Positions 1 to 10,008 of a stretch of 64,000 nt of DNA are shown piece after piece. The position numbers and the translations under genes were made by a program. The notes below the pieces were generated by a model. The model was given only the letters and a program-made list of their open reading frames with translations. It was not told the origin of the DNA and ran no database searches. Numbering within the stretch: position 1 is the first letter of the stretch; every line of letters starts with the position of its first letter. Source of the DNA: Dehalococcoidales bacterium (lineage in GTDB: Bacteria; Chloroflexota; Dehalococcoidia; E44-bin15). The DNA is taken from contig JAAXQM010000016.1 of NCBI GenBank assembly GCA_012974295.1, positions 121-64,120 of the forward strand. The letters are read 5' to 3'.

Positions 1-72
1 TGAGCCGTGTGGGTTTCGAACCCACGACACCCTGATTAAAAGTCAGGTGCTCTACCCCTGAGCTAACGGCCC
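1..72 (-). tRNA. tRNA-Lys (anticodon UUU)
   Basis: Reverse complement folds as a cloverleaf: GGGCCGT/ACGGCTC acceptor, GCTC/GAGC D-stem, CCTGA-CTTTTAA-TCAGG anticodon arm, GTGGG-TTCGAAA-CCCAC T-arm. Discriminator base is at position 1; any CCA lies outside the window. Confidence 0.97.
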
Positions 73-84
73 ACCGACCCACTG

Positions 85-113
85 ATTGTAGCATTCACTG
101 AGGCAAGCTTCAA
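85..113 (-). promoter_or_regulatory. sigma70-type promoter for tRNA-Lys
   Basis: TTGAAG-17nt-TACAAT with TGn extended -10, 12 nt upstream of the tRNA 5' end. Confidence 0.7.
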
Positions 114-205
114 GCTTGTTTACTTACTCAGCAAACAAGCAGCAAATTACCGCCAATCGATAGTTATTATAAATTGATCGATAATACAGTTCCCCAAGGT
201 TTTAG

Positions 206-3200
206 TCAGCCTTTTGCCATCGCCTGCAATGTTTTTAAAAGAGCCGTACGCCATCGGGAGCCCAGGCGTTTCGTATCCAGTCGCACCTGGTTTGTCCCAG
301 CCTTCACCCCATCGCCCAGAGTTTTCTCCAGGAGTGCCTTGTCCACCTGTTTACCCTCAACCATCCTGAGTACTATTGATTTATCGTCGGTATCTATGGA
401 CTCAATTCCAACATCCACAGCCAATAGTTTGACCTCTATAGCATAGAGAAGGTTTGCTACCTGAGATGGCACGGGACCAAATCTATCCTTAAGCTCATCA
501 GCCATATCGGCCACCTGCTGTGTGGTGCTCAGCTTCGCCAGTCGTTGATAGAGGGTGAGTCGCATATCAATATCGGAGACATATTCTCGGGGGATGAGTG
601 ATTGCATAGGCAGATCAATAGTAGGTGACTGCAGTGGGGATGTCCTTTTAATCCCTCCCTCCCGTAACGCCGCCACTGCCTCTTGAAGCAATCGGCAATA
701 GAGGTCAAACCCTACAGAGCTGATATGCCCGCTCTGTGCCGCCCCCAAGAGGTTGCCCGCCCCTCTTATCTCCAGGTCCCTCATAGCAATGCGGAAGCCA
801 GAGCCAAGCTCGGTGGCCTCGAAGATAGTCTTTAGACGACGATGCGCCTGAGGGGTAAGACGCTTACCCTTGGCGTAAAGGAAATATGCGTAAGCGCGGT
901 TGGTACCTCTTCCCACACGCCCCCTGAGCTGATACAGTTGCGCCAGCCCCAGTTTATCGGCATCGTTCACGATGAGAGTGTTTACGTTGGGTATATCCAA
1001 TCCCGACTCGATAATGGTGGTTGATACCAGGATATCGATATTACCCTGGGAGAATTCAAGCATTACATGCTCAAGTGGCTCCTCGTGCATCTGGCCATGG
1101 GCAACAGCAATCTCCGCCTCCGGTACCAGCGCTCCTAATATCGAGGCGACCCTGTGAATGCTCGCTACCCGATTATGGACAAAGAAAACTTGCCCCCCTC
1201 TGTCGAGTTCCCTGAGGATAGCCTCCCGAATCAGCCGCTCGTTGTACTCGGAGATATAGGTCTTTATGGGCAACCTCTCCTCGGGGGGGGTATCCATAGT
1301 ACTCATATCGCGCACCCCCGAAAGTGACATATAAAGGGTGCGAGGAATGGGAGTAGCGGTGAGCGTGAGGACATCAAGCTCCTGTCGCATTTTTTTCAGG
1401 TACTCCTTATGGACTACGCCGAAGCGCTGCTCCTCGTCGATGACCACTAGACCCAGGTTCTTGAAGCTGACATCCTTTTGCAGCAGGCGGTGGGTGCCGA
1501 TGACGATATCGATGGTGCCCTGCTTGAGCCCGGCGATGACCTCCCCCTGCTCACGCTCAGTGCGAAAACGGCTCAATACTCCCACATTAATAGGGAAAGC
1601 GGTAAGCCGCTCGCTAAAAGTTTGAAAGTGCTGTTGTGCGAGAACCGTGGTCGGTACGAGAATCGCCACCTGAGCGCTGTCCATGACTGCCTTGAAGGCT
1701 GCTCTGAGGGCGACCTCCGTTTTGCCATAGCCCACATCGCCGCAAATAAGCCGGTCCATGGGCTTTGCCCTTTCCATATCCTGCTTGGTCTCCAGCACCG
1801 CCCGAATCTGATCCGGTGTCTCGATATAAGGGAAAGAGGCCTCCAGTTCCTCCTGCCAAGTAGTATCAGGTGAGCAGGAGAATCCAGAACTGACCTCCCT
1901 GGCAGCATAGAGATCGAGTAACTCCCTCGCCAGTTCCCATGCTGCCTCCCTCACCCGCTTCTTTGTCCGTGCCCACTCCTGGGTACCCAATCGATTTAGT
2001 GCTGGCGGAGCGCCACTGAGTCCGATATGGCGACCGATCCGGTCAATCTGATCGCTGGGTACATAAAGCCTGTCACTTGCAGCGTATTCCAGGATCAGGT
2101 ATTCACGCTTTGTCTCACCCACCGCCATCATAATAGTGCCGGCGAACCTGGCAATGCCATGATCGACGTGCACCACATAGTCACCAATAGATAGCTCGGA
2201 GATAGATCCTGCCTGGCGCATCGGGTGCCGCTTCATACGTCGTCTTTTCTTCGTGAAGCCGAAAAGCTCGGCGTCCGTAAATAGCGCCACCGAATCCATT
2301 GCCCACCCCCGAGCCAGCGAGCCCTGAACCAGGGTGATAGCTCCCGGTGGCGGCGGTCCCGTTAGCTCGGATACAGGAGGAGCAATGATGTCTTCTTCCT
2401 CAAAAAGCTCGGAGAGCCTCCTTGCCTGATGTGACACAATAACGATTCGCTTGTCCCTTTTCTTAAGCGTTTCTTTGGTATCTCTGATGAAAGCGTCAAG
2501 CCTTCCTCCGTATTCAGGTGCCGCAACAAAGGGGAGTATGGATTCGGCATCCCCCTGCTGCCATGACATGATGGATAATGTCCGCCCTCTTTCGTTCTCC
2601 CCATCCTTCCCAACCCCTCTTTCGAACTTTTCGAACTTTCCACTTTTCCCAACCTCGCTAAACCTGGCTGTTAGCTCATCCCGGGTAAGGTATGGGATGG
2701 GGAAATTTCGGGGCAGTTCTCCCCGGACTACCTGCTCTCTCCTTATCTCCTGCGCTTCAGCATCCAAGTCCTCCAGAGCTTGTGCTATCTCCGAGGGTTG
2801 ATCAAGGACGAGAATGGCGTTTTGCGGTAGATAGTCGAGGATGTTCCCTGTACTGGAGAGAGCGTTATAGATCTCGATCCCCTCAATATGCTCGCCACCC
2901 AGGAGTTTCTCCACCTCATCAGCTATCCTTTCTCGAGCTTCAACCTCGCAGTTAGACAGGTCCATTTGCCGTAACATCTCTTCAAGCCTTTGTTTATTGG
3001 TGAACAGTGCTTCCTTTGCCGGGATAACTTCTATCGATGTCACCAGCTTCGATGATCGCTGCGTTGCCGGGTCAAAAAGGCGGATGCTAACCACCTCATC
3101 GCCAAATAGCTCAATCCTCGCTGGCAGATCGCTGGCAGTCGAGTAAATGTCGATGATTCCCCCACGGCGACTGAAGTTCCCGGGTACCTCTACCATTTGC

Positions 3201-3727
3201 TCCCGCTCATAGCCAATAGCCATCCACCTGGCCAGTACCTCATCGATATTGAACTTCATCCCTTGCCAGATAGTGTGGATTGCAGCATCGAAATCGGCAG
3301 GTGATAGGGTATTTCGGACAACTGCATGAGATGATGCGATAACCAGCGGAGCGTTATCCTCATTATTCGCATTTTTCGAATATCTCAGGGTATTGAGAGC
3401 ATTGATTCGCTGCTGAATAGTTGCTGGGTCTGAATCGAGGCGCTCGTAGGGGAGAGCATCGGGCTCGGGGAAGATACAGGGATCGCTTCCCCACATGAGA
3501 AGCTGATCTTGGAGCTGCTTAGCCCCCTCCGGCCGCGGCGTGACCACCAACATCGGACAGCCCAGGTCCCGGTAGAGCGCCGCGAGGAGATAGGGCTTAG
3601 CCTCATCAAGCACTACAATCTGTTGCTCCTCACCACCATTTTTCGAACTTTTGGGAATAAGCGCATCCAGGAGCTGAGAGTATCCTGGTACCTCATCTAT
3701 CAGAGGAAGCAAACAACTCAAATTCAT
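206..3727 (-). CDS. mfd: Transcription-repair coupling factor
   Basis: 1173 aa; UvrB-like N-terminus, CarD/RID (GDYVVHVDHGIA), SF2 helicase motifs (GDVGYGKT, DEEQRFG, TATPIPRT, QLRGRVGR), TRCF C-terminus. Confidence 0.98.
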   Translation of the reverse strand: MNLSCLLPLIDEVPGYSQLLDALIPKSSKNGGEEQQIVVLDEAKPYLLAALYRDLGCPMLVVTPRPEGAKQLQDQLLMWGSDPCIFPEPDALPYERLDSDPATIQQRINALNTLRYSKNANNEDNAPLVIASSHAVVRNTLSPADFDAAIHTIWQGMKFNIDEVLARWMAIGYEREQMVEVPGNFSRRGGIIDIYSTASDLPARIELFGDEVVSIRLFDPATQRSSKLVTSIEVIPAKEALFTNKQRLEEMLRQMDLSNCEVEARERIADEVEKLLGGEHIEGIEIYNALSSTGNILDYLPQNAILVLDQPSEIAQALEDLDAEAQEIRREQVVRGELPRNFPIPYLTRDELTARFSEVGKSGKFEKFERGVGKDGENERGRTLSIMSWQQGDAESILPFVAAPEYGGRLDAFIRDTKETLKKRDKRIVIVSHQARRLSELFEEEDIIAPPVSELTGPPPPGAITLVQGSLARGWAMDSVALFTDAELFGFTKKRRRMKRHPMRQAGSISELSIGDYVVHVDHGIARFAGTIMMAVGETKREYLILEYAASDRLYVPSDQIDRIGRHIGLSGAPPALNRLGTQEWARTKKRVREAAWELARELLDLYAAREVSSGFSCSPDTTWQEELEASFPYIETPDQIRAVLETKQDMERAKPMDRLICGDVGYGKTEVALRAAFKAVMDSAQVAILVPTTVLAQQHFQTFSERLTAFPINVGVLSRFRTEREQGEVIAGLKQGTIDIVIGTHRLLQKDVSFKNLGLVVIDEEQRFGVVHKEYLKKMRQELDVLTLTATPIPRTLYMSLSGVRDMSTMDTPPEERLPIKTYISEYNERLIREAILRELDRGGQVFFVHNRVASIHRVASILGALVPEAEIAVAHGQMHEEPLEHVMLEFSQGNIDILVSTTIIESGLDIPNVNTLIVNDADKLGLAQLYQLRGRVGRGTNRAYAYFLYAKGKRLTPQAHRRLKTIFEATELGSGFRIAMRDLEIRGAGNLLGAAQSGHISSVGFDLYCRLLQEAVAALREGGIKRTSPLQSPTIDLPMQSLIPREYVSDIDMRLTLYQRLAKLSTTQQVADMADELKDRFGPVPSQVANLLYAIEVKLLAVDVGIESIDTDDKSIVLRMVEGKQVDKALLEKTLGDGVKAGTNQVRLDTKRLGSRWRTALLKTLQAMAKG

Positions 3728-3789
3728 CTTTCCGTCTTTGTGTCCCTTCGTTCCACTCGATCCCTAGAGAAGGCATGCATCAGCTTTGA

Positions 3790-3908
3790 GAGACTGCTGA
3801 AATAGTTTCAATCAACCCCCGAATCCCCCAATCTTGGGGGATTATTTAAGCAGGGGGACACCCCCAGACCCAACAGGAAGTATCCTGTACCTCTTTTTCA
3901 GCGGTCTT
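3790..3908 (+). mobile_element. MITE-like dispersed repeat, copy 1
   Basis: GAGACTGCTGAAA...TTTCAGCGGTCTT terminal inverted repeats; internal hairpins; homologous to 19929-20039, 23547-23671 and 61560-61681. Confidence 0.8.
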
Positions 3909-3956
3909 TCTAAAAACGATGTCCAAATGTGACTCATCAGCTTATGCAACACCTAA

Positions 3957-3982
3957 AGGGCTAGCCACTGCTGGCTAGCCCT
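3957..3982. other. Perfect 11-bp hairpin just downstream of the predicted mfd promoter
   Basis: AGGGCTAGCCA-ctgc-TGGCTAGCCCT. Confidence 0.6.
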
Positions 3983-3988
3983 GTCCGA

Positions 3989-4017
3989 ATTCTAGCATAG
4001 CGCCCCGTGTAGATCAA
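3989..4017 (-). promoter_or_regulatory. sigma70-type promoter for mfd
   Basis: TTGATC-17nt-TAGAAT with TGn extension. Confidence 0.6.
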
Positions 4018-4168
4018 TACGGACGGATACTCTATGCACCCAGTACATTAGCGGTACAGTGGAACGTGGGGACGTGAAGATTGCCGCGCTGCGCTCTCAA
4101 TGAAATATTGTCCATTCCTACGTTGAAACCAGGCTATATGCTATAATATTGCAGTCTAGAGAGAGTCA

Positions 4169-5308
4169 ATGGGTAACAAGGGCAAAAAGAGCGAATATAG
4201 GCGGATCGTAGCCAAGTTTGGCACAAACCTGCTCACTGCAGGCACCGAGCACCTCGACCTCGAGGTGATGGCTACCCTTGTCGGGCAGGTGGTCCGGCTT
4301 CATCAGCAGGGTTTGGAGGTGATTATCGTCTCCTCGGGAGCCGTCGCCGCAGGGAGGCAACAGTTGAGGCTCGCTAAGGAGAGGAAGGACATCCCCTCCC
4401 GCCAGGTGATGGCTGCTGTGGGGCAGAACGCACTGATGCATTCCTATGAGCAGCTCTTCGACTGGCATGGCATTACGGTGGCCCAGGCCCTCTTAACCAA
4501 GGCGAACCTCTCCGACCGCCTGGGCTATCTGAACGCTCGCAATACCTTACTGGCGCTCCTGGAACTGGGAGTGGTGCCTATCATCAATGAGAACGATGTG
4601 GTATCGGTGTACGAGCTTGAGGGGGCGGCATTTGGCGATAACGATAATCTCTCCGGGATGGTATCAAATCTGGTGGATGCTGACCTTTTAGTGGTCCTCT
4701 GCGATGTCGTCGGGCTATGCACCGCGGACCCGGCCACCGACCGCAGCGCTCAGCTTATCACCCGCGTGGACTGTATTGATAAGCGGATCGAGCACCTGGC
4801 TGGCGGCACAAGGGGGCGAGGAGTTGGTGGAATGGCGACCAAGGTTCAGGCAGCGCGGCTGGCTTCAGCCTCGGGTGCCACAGTGATCATCGCCGATGGT
4901 AAGGAGCAGGATCTTCTCTCGAGGCTGGTTAAGGGCGAGTCAATCGGTACTCTCTTCCCCCCCACAGCCAGCAAGATGGAGAGCAGGAAACGCTGGATGC
5001 TTACCGGGTTGGCCATAAAGGGGAGTCTGGTAGTCGATGATGGGGCAGTTGTGGCGCTGAAGGAACAGAACAAGAGCCTGCTTCCTGCGGGCATCAAAGC
5101 GGTGGATGGTGATTTTTTACGGGGAGATGCGGTTGACATTATTATCGAGAAAGGTAAAAAGGGCGAAAAAATCGCCCGCGGTATATCCAACTATTCGTCG
5201 CGGGAGCTTGCTGTGATCAAGGGTGCTCGCTCCAACAGAATCGAGAGCTTACTGGGCTATGGGTATGGAGACGAGGTGGTGCACCGGAATAATTTGGTGG
5301 TTTTGTAA
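4169..5308 (+). CDS. proB: Glutamate 5-kinase with PUA domain
   Basis: VAKFGTNLL, VSSGAVAAG, PIINENDVV, FGDNDNLS, GGMATKV; C-terminal PUA domain. Confidence 0.97.
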   Translation: MGNKGKKSEYRRIVAKFGTNLLTAGTEHLDLEVMATLVGQVVRLHQQGLEVIIVSSGAVAAGRQQLRLAKERKDIPSRQVMAAVGQNALMHSYEQLFDWHGITVAQALLTKANLSDRLGYLNARNTLLALLELGVVPIINENDVVSVYELEGAAFGDNDNLSGMVSNLVDADLLVVLCDVVGLCTADPATDRSAQLITRVDCIDKRIEHLAGGTRGRGVGGMATKVQAARLASASGATVIIADGKEQDLLSRLVKGESIGTLFPPTASKMESRKRWMLTGLAIKGSLVVDDGAVVALKEQNKSLLPAGIKAVDGDFLRGDAVDIIIEKGKKGEKIARGISNYSSRELAVIKGARSNRIESLLGYGYGDEVVHRNNLVVL

Positions 5309-5319
5309 GGGGGAAAGAA

Positions 5320-6585
5320 ATGCAATCAGCCATCAAGGAGTTGGAAAATAAAGCGAAAGCGGCTAAGGCAGCCTCACGAAAGCTTGCTCATCTGCCTACA
5401 GAGGTAAAGAATAAGGCTCTTGTCACTATCGCTGAAAGCCTTATTACGAGAGAGGGTGAGATCCTCGATGCCAATCGCCTCGACTGTGGGGATGCCAAGG
5501 CCTCGAGCATGGATGATGCCATGCTCGACCGCCTGGTGCTCGACTCCAGCCGCCTCCAGTCGATGGCTGACGATGTGCGCACCGTCGCTTCGCTCCCTGA
5601 TCCGGTTGGCGAAGCCTTCGATGCCAAAGTGTTGCCAAATGGCCTGCGCATCGAGAAGAGGAGGGTGCCGCTGGGGGTTATCGGCGTCATATTCGAAAGC
5701 CGCCCCAATGTCACCGTTGATATATCCTCGTTGTGTCTTAAATCGGGCAATGCTGTTATCCTACGCGGGGGCAAGGAGGCTCTGCGCTCTAATAGCGCCC
5801 TTGCTATGGTGATTAAAGAAGCAGCTCAGGCAGGCGGGGTTCCCGGCGATGCTATCCAGTTCATTGAGTCCCCCGAGAGGGAGCTGGTGAGCCGCATGCT
5901 TAAGATGAACGAAAACATAGACCTCATCATCCCGCGCGGCGGCGAACAGCTTGTCGCACTTGTTACCGAGAATGCTGCCATGCCGGTACTCGCCAGCGGC
6001 GTAGGCATCTGCCATACATATGTGGATCGCACCGCTGACCTGGAAAAGGCGGTGGCTATCGCCTTTAACGCCAAGGTGCAGCGCCCCACTGTCTGTAATG
6101 CCCTGGACTGCCTGCTGGTGCACAGCGAAATAGCCGAGAGATACCTCCCTATGATCGCTACAGAGTGGGCCAAGGCCAGAGTGGAGATGCACTGCGATGA
6201 GCGGGCGTTAAAGATACTATCGAACTTCAAAGCTTTTCCTGCAACCGATTCCGATTGGGGCAAGGAGTTTCTAGCTCTAATTGCAGCAGTAAAGGTGGTG
6301 GACTCTGTGGATGAGGCGATGGAACATATCGCGCGCTACAACTCGGGGCACTCCGAGGCCATCATTACCGAAAACTATTCTACGGCCCATCGCTTCCTGG
6401 AGGAGGTTGATGCCGCCTGCGTATACGTCAACGCCAGCACCCGCTTTACCGATGGCGGACAGTTCGGATTGGGAGCCGAGGTGGGAATAAGTACCCAGAA
6501 GTTTCACGCACGTGGTCCCATGGGTTTAAAAGAGCTCACGACGTACAAGTGGGTCATTATGGGAAACGGCCAGGTCAGGCCCTAG
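5320..6585 (+). CDS. proA: Gamma-glutamyl phosphate reductase
   Basis: VPLGVIGVIFESRPNVT, VCNALD, NASTRFTDGGQFGLGAEVGISTQKFHARGPMG; follows proB. Confidence 0.98.
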   Translation: MQSAIKELENKAKAAKAASRKLAHLPTEVKNKALVTIAESLITREGEILDANRLDCGDAKASSMDDAMLDRLVLDSSRLQSMADDVRTVASLPDPVGEAFDAKVLPNGLRIEKRRVPLGVIGVIFESRPNVTVDISSLCLKSGNAVILRGGKEALRSNSALAMVIKEAAQAGGVPGDAIQFIESPERELVSRMLKMNENIDLIIPRGGEQLVALVTENAAMPVLASGVGICHTYVDRTADLEKAVAIAFNAKVQRPTVCNALDCLLVHSEIAERYLPMIATEWAKARVEMHCDERALKILSNFKAFPATDSDWGKEFLALIAAVKVVDSVDEAMEHIARYNSGHSEAIITENYSTAHRFLEEVDAACVYVNASTRFTDGGQFGLGAEVGISTQKFHARGPMGLKELTTYKWVIMGNGQVRP

Positions 6586-7523
6586 GACTTCCTCCCCACC
6601 AGCGAGCGTACCTCTTCTACTACGCCTGTGGCAGTGAGCCCATGCTTTTCCAGGAGTTCTTCACCTTTTCCTGAAGAGGAAAATACGTCCTTTATTGTCA
6701 TAAAAGACATGGGCACCGGGTGCTGTTTCGCCACTACCAGAGCTACCCTGCTCCCCAACCCGCCATGTTGTAGATGCTCCTCGGCGGTGAGGATAGCGCC
6801 CGTCTCTTCGGCGGCCTTTACTATCGTTTTCTCATCAAGGGGTTTGAGGGTGGACATGTTGATAACACGCAATTCGATGCCCTCTCGCGCCAGCGTATCA
6901 GCAGCCTGAAGTGCCCGTTCAACCATGATACCGATGGCGATAACCGTCGCATCCCCTCCCCCTCTCATGGTCACCGATTTGCCCATGACAAAGTTATAAT
7001 GATCTCTACACACGATAGGCATTTTAGGACGAGCGAGCCTGATATAGAATGGGCCATGGGTCGCTGCTGCCGCTCTTATTACCTGGTCTGCTTCGATAGC
7101 ATCGGCGGGGACGATAACGGTGAAGCCAGGGAGGGCGCACATTAGAGCCAAATCTTCGATGGCGTGGTGGGAGCAGCCATCCTCCCCTACGGTAATGCCG
7201 CCATGCGTGGCCACGATCTTCACGTTTTGATGGGACTGGGCAATTGACACCCTAACCTGGTCATAGCATCTTGTAGTGGCAAACACAGCAAAGGTACTGG
7301 CAAATACCGTCTTCCCGCATGCAGCTAGCCCGGCGGCAATGCCCATCATATTTTGCTCGGCGACGCCACAATCGAAGAACCTGTCGGGGAATTCCTTAGC
7401 AAACAGGTGGGTCATCGTTGAGCGGGAGAGATCGGCATCGAGCACTACGATATTCTCGTTTTCCCTACCCAGCTCGACCAGGGCATTCCCGTAGGCATTC
7501 CTGATAGACATCTCCTCAGCCAT
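6582..7523 (-). CDS. Transketolase, C-terminal subunit
   Basis: DADLSRST, GVAEQNM, GEDGCSHHAIED, EEHLQHGGLG; paired with the N-terminal subunit gene. Confidence 0.95.
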   Translation of the reverse strand: MAEEMSIRNAYGNALVELGRENENIVVLDADLSRSTMTHLFAKEFPDRFFDCGVAEQNMMGIAAGLAACGKTVFASTFAVFATTRCYDQVRVSIAQSHQNVKIVATHGGITVGEDGCSHHAIEDLALMCALPGFTVIVPADAIEADQVIRAAAATHGPFYIRLARPKMPIVCRDHYNFVMGKSVTMRGGGDATVIAIGIMVERALQAADTLAREGIELRVINMSTLKPLDEKTIVKAAEETGAILTAEEHLQHGGLGSRVALVVAKQHPVPMSFMTIKDVFSSSGKGEELLEKHGLTATGVVEEVRSLVGRKS

Positions 7524-7526
7524 TTT

Positions 7527-8330
7527 CTACTCTAGCTCTCTAAGTGCTTGCTCCGCCTGCTCTGATGTGGGAGCCGTGCCGTGAAATTCGGCCTTGTTCT
7601 CCATGAAGCTGACCCCTTTTCCTTTAGTGGTGTGGGCGATGATGGCAGTGGGCTTGCCCTCTATTGTTTTCGCCTCGCTAAGGGCAGCAATGATTTGATC
7701 CAGGTCATGTCCATCAACCTCCATAGTATGCCATCCGAAAGAGCGCCACTTTTCAGGAAAGGGCTCGGTATTCATCACGTCGCAGCACCAGCCATCGATC
7801 TGCAGTCGGTTGCGGTCAATTATAGCTACCATGTTATCCAGCTTGTGGTGAGCGGCAGCCATCGCCGCCTCCCATACCTGCCCCTCGTTACACTCTCCGT
7901 CTCCGAGGAGAACGTATACCCGATAATCCCGACCATCGAGACGAGCAGCGAGGGCGTTGCCAATACCGAAGGATAAGCCCTGTCCCAATGCACCCGCTGA
8001 CATCTCGACGCCGGGAGTAGTGAGCATATGGGTATGACCCTGCAAACGGCTGCCCATCTGCCTCAGGGTTAGAAGCTCGGCAACAGGGAAGTATCCTGAC
8101 TCGGCCAGAGCGGCATAGAGAACAGGCGCAGCGTGGCCCTTGCTTAACACAAATCGGTCGCGATCTGGCCAGTGCGGATTCTGTGGATCGTGACGTAACA
8201 CGTGGAAGTAAAGGGCAGTTACCAGCTCTACTGCGGATAGGGAGCCTCCGGGGTGCCCGCTGCCTGCCCTTTCCGTCATGTTGATAATGTGGCGGCGCAG
8301 CGTTCTCGTTTTTTCCTTCATTTCCTCCAT
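7527..8330 (-). CDS. Transketolase, N-terminal (TPP-binding) subunit; start codon uncertain
   Basis: SGHPGGSLS, RDRFVLSKGHAAP, GDGECNEGQVWE, TTKGKGVSFME; the ORF-track extension to 8438 looks non-coding. Confidence 0.93.
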   Translation of the reverse strand: MEEMKEKTRTLRRHIINMTERAGSGHPGGSLSAVELVTALYFHVLRHDPQNPHWPDRDRFVLSKGHAAPVLYAALAESGYFPVAELLTLRQMGSRLQGHTHMLTTPGVEMSAGALGQGLSFGIGNALAARLDGRDYRVYVLLGDGECNEGQVWEAAMAAAHHKLDNMVAIIDRNRLQIDGWCCDVMNTEPFPEKWRSFGWHTMEVDGHDLDQIIAALSEAKTIEGKPTAIIAHTTKGKGVSFMENKAEFHGTAPTSEQAEQALRELE

Positions 8331-8464
8331 GGATCCGGTGAGTGCTACCCCCTTACAAGAAGCAACCCCGGCTGCCAGGTGCGATGCCGAGGATACAAGC
8401 TCGGGAATATTGTTGAGCTTTCCCGTTGATGAAAGCAATAAACATCCCGTTGCTGTACCAGGCT

Positions 8465-8531
8465 ATTATATAGCAGCGCAATTACACTGTCCATAACTTT
8501 TCTTGACCTTAAGGTAAATCTCCCGTAAAAT
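8465..8531. promoter_or_regulatory. Divergent promoter pair (transketolase / amidohydrolase)
   Basis: Minus strand TGGACA-17-TATAAT (8493-8465); plus strand TTGACC-17-TAAAAT (8503-8531), whose predicted +1 falls at the GTG at 8538 (leaderless). Confidence 0.65.
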
Positions 8532-8537
8532 CCTAGG

Positions 8538-9355
8538 GTGATTATTGATAGCCACACCCATATCTTTCCACCACGGATGAGCGAGCACCGGGAAGAGTAC
8601 ATAGAATATACGCTAAACCCACAGCGAAGATTGCCTCGTGCGAAGACCTTATAGCCATCATGGATGAAGAGGGCATCGATCGCTCCGTCATACTCAATGC
8701 CAACTGGGGCAGCCTCGATCTATGCCAGGAGACCAATGACTATATTATGGAGTCGACGTCCCGCTATCCTGACCGTCTGACCGGTTTCTGTTCCCTTCCA
8801 CCAAATGCGGGGGAGGTAGCCGTTGCAGAGCTCGAGCGTTGCATTCGCGGCGGGATCAGTGGCATCGGGGAGCTGAGACCTGATTTTCACGGCCTGGAAA
8901 AGGGTGATGAGGTTCTATTGGATCCCGTTTTCGAGGTGGCGAGGCGAAACCACCTTATCGTGTCGGTCCACGCATCCGAGCCCGTAGGACATGAATATGT
9001 GGGTAAGCAGAAAATCACCCCCGATGTCCTCGAAAAGCTCATTGCCAGATTCCCCGATATAACCATAATATGCGCCCATTGGGGGGGAGGGCTTCCCTTC
9101 TATGCCCTGATGCCCGAGGTGGCAGAAGCTCTTAAAAACGTCTATTTTGATAGCTCGGCATCGCCCTATCTGTACAAGCCTGAGATCTTCAGACATGTCG
9201 CCCAGATCGTAGGGACAGAGAAAGTACTCTTCGGCAGCGACTACCCCCTGATGCTACCAAGCCGGGTTCTGAAGCAGTTCCTTTCCCTTGACATGGGAGA
9301 AGTTGCCGAAGCTTCGATCTTAGGGGGGAACGCCAGAAGGCTCTTTGGTCTGTAA
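8538..9355 (+). pseudogene. Amidohydrolase_2 family metal-dependent hydrolase, frameshifted near 8604-8609
   Basis: GTG 8538 gives MIIDSHTHIFPP (HxH motif) and stops at about 8654; the rest (IYAKPTAKIA...MDEEGID...GIGEL...HASEP...AHWGGG...FGSDYP) is in the -1 frame. Confidence 0.8.
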
Positions 9356-9948
9356 TGGAAAACATTCGCGCCTTTATCGCCATCGAGCTATCCGATCCTA
9401 TCAAAGCCAGTCTCTCCTCGCTGATCGCCAAATTGCGATCGAAAGAGCACCATTCGGCGAAATATGTGAAGTGGGTTGATCCTAAAGGAATTCACCTCAC
9501 CCTAAAATTTCTAGGGAATGTTACCCCGGATCAGGTGCCCCGGATAATAGATGCAATCACACCGTCGGCTGAGAGTCTATCCCCTCTTAAACTCCAGCTC
9601 GGCAAACTGGGTGTCTTCCCCAATCTTCAGCGCCCCCGTGTTATCTGGGTGGCCATAACCGGGGAAGTGAAGCCACTTATTACCCTGCAGCAGGATATAG
9701 ACCAGGCACTAGCTCCCCTCGGTTTCCCCCCTGAAGGACGCTCTTTCAGCCCACACCTCACCATTGGGCGACTCCGCGAGCAGGCAACCCCGATGGAGCG
9801 CAGCAGCATCGGGAGCCTTATACCGGCGACTGAATTTGAAGGTGGTCCTATATTGGAGATTGATCAAATCAACCTGATGAAGAGCACTCTTACCCCTTCT
9901 GGTGCCATATACAACCGCCTCGCCTCGATCAAACTACATAGCGGCTGA
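9355..9948 (+). CDS. thpR: RNA 2',3'-cyclic phosphodiesterase (2H family)
   Basis: RAFIAI; two HxT motifs (HLTLKFLG, PHLTIGR); PRVIW. Confidence 0.93.
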   Translation: MENIRAFIAIELSDPIKASLSSLIAKLRSKEHHSAKYVKWVDPKGIHLTLKFLGNVTPDQVPRIIDAITPSAESLSPLKLQLGKLGVFPNLQRPRVIWVAITGEVKPLITLQQDIDQALAPLGFPPEGRSFSPHLTIGRLREQATPMERSSIGSLIPATEFEGGPILEIDQINLMKSTLTPSGAIYNRLASIKLHSG

Positions 9949-10008
9949 TCTCGTCCAGTTAGGCTACAACGAGAAGATTCTCCCTGAATTCGACTCACCT
10001 CACCTTTT

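Noticed and set aside
1..205. Integrative element at tRNA-Lys
   Set aside because: The tRNA 3' end points out of the window, and no integrase or att duplicate is visible here.
3905..3945. Hammerhead-like CUGAUGA-GUC..GAC on the minus strand
   Set aside because: The required GAAA does not follow stem II (reads GAC-AUCG), and stems I and III cannot be formed.
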